This document shows, one piece after another, positions 61,159 to 64,000 of a stretch of 64,000 nucleotides of DNA. This DNA is from Candidatus Undivivens industriae (lineage in GTDB: Bacteria; Omnitrophota; Gorgyraeia; Gygaellales; Profunditerraquicolaceae), in assembly GCA_012514745.1 (NCBI GenBank), contig JAAYZR010000006.1:37889-101888 (forward strand), in the 5' to 3' direction. Within the stretch, counting starts at the first letter, position 1. Every line of letters starts with the position of its first letter. The notes below the pieces were generated by a model. The model was not told where the DNA came from, did not search any database, and saw only the letters and a program-made list of their open reading frames with translations. Made by a program: the position numbers and the translations under genes.

Positions 61159-61835
61159 ATCGCAACCCTCATCCCCGGGTTCATTGTGGAAGAGACCGCG
61201 AAAGCCTTAACGAATTTCCCTTTTACCGAACCCGGTTTAGCCTCATTTATCGCGTCTATCACGCAATTCGCGTTCTCCAGAAGCTGCTCTTCGCTGAACG
61301 ACAACTTACCAACCGAGAGATGTATACCGCCCTGCTTGTCCACGCGGAACTCCACCTTCCCCTTGCGCACGTCCCTGATGGCTTTGGCGACGTCGGTGGT
61401 GACCGTTCCGGTCTTGGGGCTGGGCATCAGGCCTTTGGGGCCGAGGATCTTGCCCAGTTTGCTCAAATCCTTCATCATATCCGGCGTGGCAATAACACAG
61501 TCGAAATCCAGGAAACCGGCGGCGACCTTCTCCATTAAATCTCCGGCACCTACGTAATCGGCCTGGGCGTCCCTGGCGTCTCGCTCCTGCTCTCCTTTAC
61601 AGAACACGGCGATCTTCACTTTTCTGCCCGTGCCGTGCGGAAGCACCACGGTGCCGCGGATCATCTGGTCGGATTTCTTGGTGTCCACGCTAAGGTTGAA
61701 ATGCAGGTCCAGTGACCCGGCGAATTTAGGCTGGGCCAGCGACTTAAGAAGGCTTACCGCTTCCTTAAGCGTATAAACCTTGTCCTTATTCACTAGTTTC
61801 TCGGTGGTCTGGTATCTCTTGCTGCGCTTTTTCAT
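61155..61835 (-). CDS. rplA: 50S ribosomal protein L1
   Basis: 226 aa. Confidence 0.95.
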   Translation of the reverse strand: MKKRSKRYQTTEKLVNKDKVYTLKEAVSLLKSLAQPKFAGSLDLHFNLSVDTKKSDQMIRGTVVLPHGTGRKVKIAVFCKGEQERDARDAQADYVGAGDLMEKVAAGFLDFDCVIATPDMMKDLSKLGKILGPKGLMPSPKTGTVTTDVAKAIRDVRKGKVEFRVDKQGGIHLSVGKLSFSEEQLLENANCVIDAINEAKPGSVKGKFVKAFAVSSTMNPGMRVAI

Positions 61836-61836
61836 A

Positions 61837-62265
61837 TTATTGCTCGACTTCTATGCCCATGCTCCTGGCCGTTCCCGCGATGATCTTGCGTGCGGCCTCA
61901 AGACTCTTGGTGTTCAGATCGGGCATCTTCTGTTTGGCGATCTCCTCGACTTGTTTTTGATTTATCTTGCCTATTATCTCTTTTCCGGCTGTCGCGGAGG
62001 CCTTCGCCAGGTTGGCCGCCCTTTTGATGAGAACGGAAGACGGCGGACTCTTTATTATAAAGGTAAAGGATTTGTCCTCGTAGACGCTGATGACCACAGG
62101 GAGGATTAAACCGTCCCTTCCCTTGGTCTGCTCATTGAACTGTTTGCAGAACTGCATTATATTCACACCGTGCTGTCCCAGGGCCGGGCCTACGGGCGGC
62201 GCCGGATTGGCGGCGCCTGCGGGAACGTGCAATTTAATCTGAGCGGTAACTTTCTTTCCAGCCAT
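61837..62265 (-). CDS. rplK: 50S ribosomal protein L11
   Basis: 142 aa. Confidence 0.95.
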   Translation of the reverse strand: MAGKKVTAQIKLHVPAGAANPAPPVGPALGQHGVNIMQFCKQFNEQTKGRDGLILPVVISVYEDKSFTFIIKSPPSSVLIKRAANLAKASATAGKEIIGKINQKQVEEIAKQKMPDLNTKSLEAARKIIAGTARSMGIEVEQ

Positions 62266-62267
62266 GG

Positions 62268-62795
62268 CTAAACCTTCTCCACTTGCCAGTATTCCAGTTC
62301 GACCGGAGTGGACCGCCCGAATATGGAAATGCTGACCTTGATTTTACCCTTTTCAGGGTGAACTTCCTCTATGGTACCGTTGAAATTGACGAAAGGCCCT
62401 TCCGTTACCCTGACCTGCTCGCCTTTCTCGAAAATTATCTTGGGGCTGGGCTTGCTCTGGGTCTCCTCCGTGCGCTTGAGTATGCTGTCTACTTCCTTCT
62501 GCGGCAGCGGCATCGGCTTTTTCCCCAATCCGATGAAACCGGTCACGCCGGGCGTCGTTTTTATCAGCAGATGCGTGGCGTCATTAAGCTCCATCTCCAC
62601 CAGCAGGTAACCGGGAAAGAATTTCCTCTGGGAAAGCCTCTTCTTGCCGGAACGGATCTCGGAGATCTGTTCCGTAGGGATGACGATGCCGCTAATCTGC
62701 TCCTGCAAGCCGCTGGAAGCGACGCGCGTCTCGAGCAGCGCCCTTACTTTTTCCTCGAACCCTGTCTGGGTGTGAACGACATACCAATTTTTCAT
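62268..62795 (-). CDS. nusG: Transcription termination/antitermination factor NusG
   Basis: 175 aa, NGN plus KOW. Confidence 0.9.
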   Translation of the reverse strand: MKNWYVVHTQTGFEEKVRALLETRVASSGLQEQISGIVIPTEQISEIRSGKKRLSQRKFFPGYLLVEMELNDATHLLIKTTPGVTGFIGLGKKPMPLPQKEVDSILKRTEETQSKPSPKIIFEKGEQVRVTEGPFVNFNGTIEEVHPEKGKIKVSISIFGRSTPVELEYWQVEKV

Positions 62796-62983
62796 CTGAA
62801 CATGAAGGTAACGAAACGGGTAAGGAAGAAATCGACTATGAAAATGAAAGTCGCCATAATCGCGGTAAGACCGATCACCACGCCGGTGGCTCCGATGAGC
62901 TCCTGCCTGCTTGACCAGGAAACCTTGCCTAGTTCGGCTTTTACTTCCCCCAAAAACCTTGCCGGTTTATCGAATAAATTCAT
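62792..62983 (-). CDS. secE: Preprotein translocase subunit SecE
   Basis: 63 aa, single TM. Confidence 0.85.
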   Translation of the reverse strand: MNLFDKPARFLGEVKAELGKVSWSSRQELIGATGVVIGLTAIMATFIFIVDFFLTRFVTFMFR

Positions 62984-63019
62984 TGTTTGTTTCTGTTCTT
63001 TCTCCCGCCGCCTGATCAG

Positions 63020-63092
63020 CAGGGGCGGAGGGACTTGAACCCCCAGGACAGGATTTGGAGTCCCGCCGTTTAGCCAATTAACGGACGCCCCT
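63020..63092 (-). tRNA. tRNA-Trp (anticodon CCA)
   Basis: Hand-folded cloverleaf: acceptor AGGGGCG/CGCCCCU, anticodon loop CUCCAAA, T-loop GGGGUUCAAGUCCCU. CCA 3' end not encoded. Confidence 0.85.
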
Positions 63093-63240
63093 ATTTGGTC
63101 TCTTTATGCGGCGAGTGTTTCCTGCACACCCTGCAGAACTTCTTCAGTTCAAGCTTATCCTGATGCTTTTTTTTATTTTTTGTGGTGGTGTAGTTCTTAT
63201 TCTTGCAGACCGTACATTCCACCGTGATTATTTCTCGCAT
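63091..63240 (-). CDS. rpmG: 50S ribosomal protein L33 (Zn-binding form)
   Basis: Hand-translated as [49 protein letters not shown]. The stop codon TAG shares 2 nt with the 5' end of tRNA-Trp. Confidence 0.8.
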   Translation of the reverse strand: MREIITVECTVCKNKNYTTTKNKKKHQDKLELKKFCRVCRKHSPHKETK

Positions 63241-63282
63241 GACTTTTCGCCTGTTTTTCTCGCTACCGGTTAAACCTTACGG

Positions 63283-63354
63283 GAAATTTCTAAGCTGGAG
63301 ACGGGAATTGAACCCGTGACCCCGTCCTTACCAAGGACGTGCTCTACCAACTGA
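63283..63354 (-). tRNA. tRNA-Thr (anticodon GGU)
   Basis: Hand-folded cloverleaf: acceptor GCUGGAG/CUCCAGC, D-stem GCUC/GAGC, anticodon loop UUGGUAA, T-loop ACGGGUUCAAUUCCCGU. Confidence 0.85.
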
Positions 63355-63517
63355 GCTACTCCAGCGACGGGATATCACGATTGATCGCCAACTTCCGGAG
63401 AAACAAAAAACCTCACCCATTAAGAATTCCTGCGGGATTCTTAAAACTGGAAAGCCTGCGTTGATTTGATGTCCTTTATTTCTACAGGCAGACCCTTTGG
63501 GGCGATGTAGATAGTAG

Positions 63518-63546
63518 AATATATAGTAAAAAGTCCCTGTTGTCAA
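63518..63546 (-). promoter_or_regulatory. Strong sigma70-type promoter (TTGACA-17nt-TATATT with upstream A-tract) driving tRNA-Thr-rpmG-tRNA-Trp-secE-nusG
   Basis: The minus strand reads AAAAAAAACATTGACAACAGGGACTTTTTACTATATATTC. It lies ~150 nt upstream of tRNA-Thr and immediately after the ksgA stop. Confidence 0.5.
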
Positions 63547-63565
63547 TGTTTTTTTTAAATAAAAT

Positions 63566-64000
63566 TTATGCCGCGGAGGGGTTTTTACGCAGGGCTAAGG
63601 AGTATCTCGCGAGTTCTATGAAATCGGCCGGAGAAAGGACCTCTCCCCTGGCTTGAGCGGATATCCCTTTATCTTGCAGAAAACGCTCCAATTCTTCACG
63701 CTCTATGAGATCTTTAAGAGTATTCTTCAGCATTTTCCGCCTTTGCCCGAACGCGGCCGCAGCCAGACGGAAAAAAGTCTTTTGCGCTTCGCCTTCCAAC
63801 GGCAGGGTTTTTCTGGGGATAAGCCTGACGAAACAGGAATCCACCTTGGGCACGGGGTAAAAACAGGAGTTTTTTATCTTAAAAAGCACCGCGGCATCGC
63901 CGTAATACTGCGCGAACAAGCTCAAAGGGCCGTATTCATCGCTTCCGGCCTGCGCGCATATCCTTTGACCATACTCCAACTGCACGGTAAGATAGATATC
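63566..64000 (-). CDS. rsmA: 16S rRNA (adenine1518/1519-N6)-dimethyltransferase RsmA/KsgA, C-terminal part (gene continues beyond window end)
   Basis: KsgA C-terminal region (KVDSCFVRLIPRK...). The reading frame stays open to position 64000. Confidence 0.7.
   Translation of the reverse strand, partial: DIYLTVQLEYGQRICAQAGSDEYGPLSLFAQYYGDAAVLFKIKNSCFYPVPKVDSCFVRLIPRKTLPLEGEAQKTFFRLAAAAFGQRRKMLKNTLKDLIEREELERFLQDKGISAQARGEVLSPADFIELARYSLALRKNPSAA

Noticed and set aside
63328-63546. 72-aa minus-strand ORF overlapping tRNA-Thr
   Set aside because: It starts inside the tRNA-Thr gene and spans the promoter/leader. It shows no coding signature. The region is better explained as tRNA plus leader.

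Overview
This ~60% GC bacterial window codes almost entirely on the minus strand. Reading from low to high coordinates (upstream on the coding strand is to the right), it contains: (1) The tail of a V/A-type ATPase operon in the order G, C, I, K, with K running off the window start. (2) An [FeFe]-hydrogenase island: a radical-SAM HydE-like maturase and a TM1266-like small ACT protein, followed by a hydC, Trx-like-ferredoxin, hydB, hydA operon encoding a trimeric NuoE/NuoF-type (bifurcating-type) hydrogenase. This operon has a near-consensus promoter, a long structured leader with mutually exclusive antiterminator and terminator hairpins, and a clean intrinsic terminator after hydA. (3) A membrane protein, an MBL hydrolase and a YacP/NYN protein. 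(4) A ~9 kb gap-free gene string: trxA, a split phosphotransacetylase (separate N-domain gene plus pta), ackA, panD, def, a Cys-rich small ORF, lipA, trxB, a GTP-type PEP carboxykinase and purC. (5) A type IV pilus block encoded as a PilM/N fusion, a PilO/P fusion and a secretin, with pilT lying 4 kb away inserted between leuD-like and leuC-like genes. (6) lipB with an overlapping standalone lipoyl-domain protein. (7) mdh, a NAD-type icd, the leuD-like gene, pilT, the leuC-like gene and aspC. (8) The complete ribosomal superoperon: rplQ, rpoA, rpsD/K/M, rpmJ, infA, map, adk, secY, the spc and S10 clusters, tuf, fusA, rpsG, rpsL, rpoC, rpoB, rplL/J/A/K, nusG, secE, tRNA-Trp, rpmG, tRNA-Thr and a partial ksgA. 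L30 is absent, and the Zn-ribbon forms of S14, L24, L33 and L36 are present. No mobile elements, CRISPR arrays or defence genes are visible. The most unusual content is non-coding. A bipartite conserved leader motif with a covarying hairpin is shared by the hydE/TM1266 leader and the icd leader. A 20-nt dispersed repeat occurs in three near-identical copies, with two tandem 33-nt palindromic relatives between trxA and the pta-ack genes. The hyd operon carries an attenuator-like leader. Manually derived coordinates (tRNAs, rpmJ, rpmG, motifs) may be off by a nucleotide or two.
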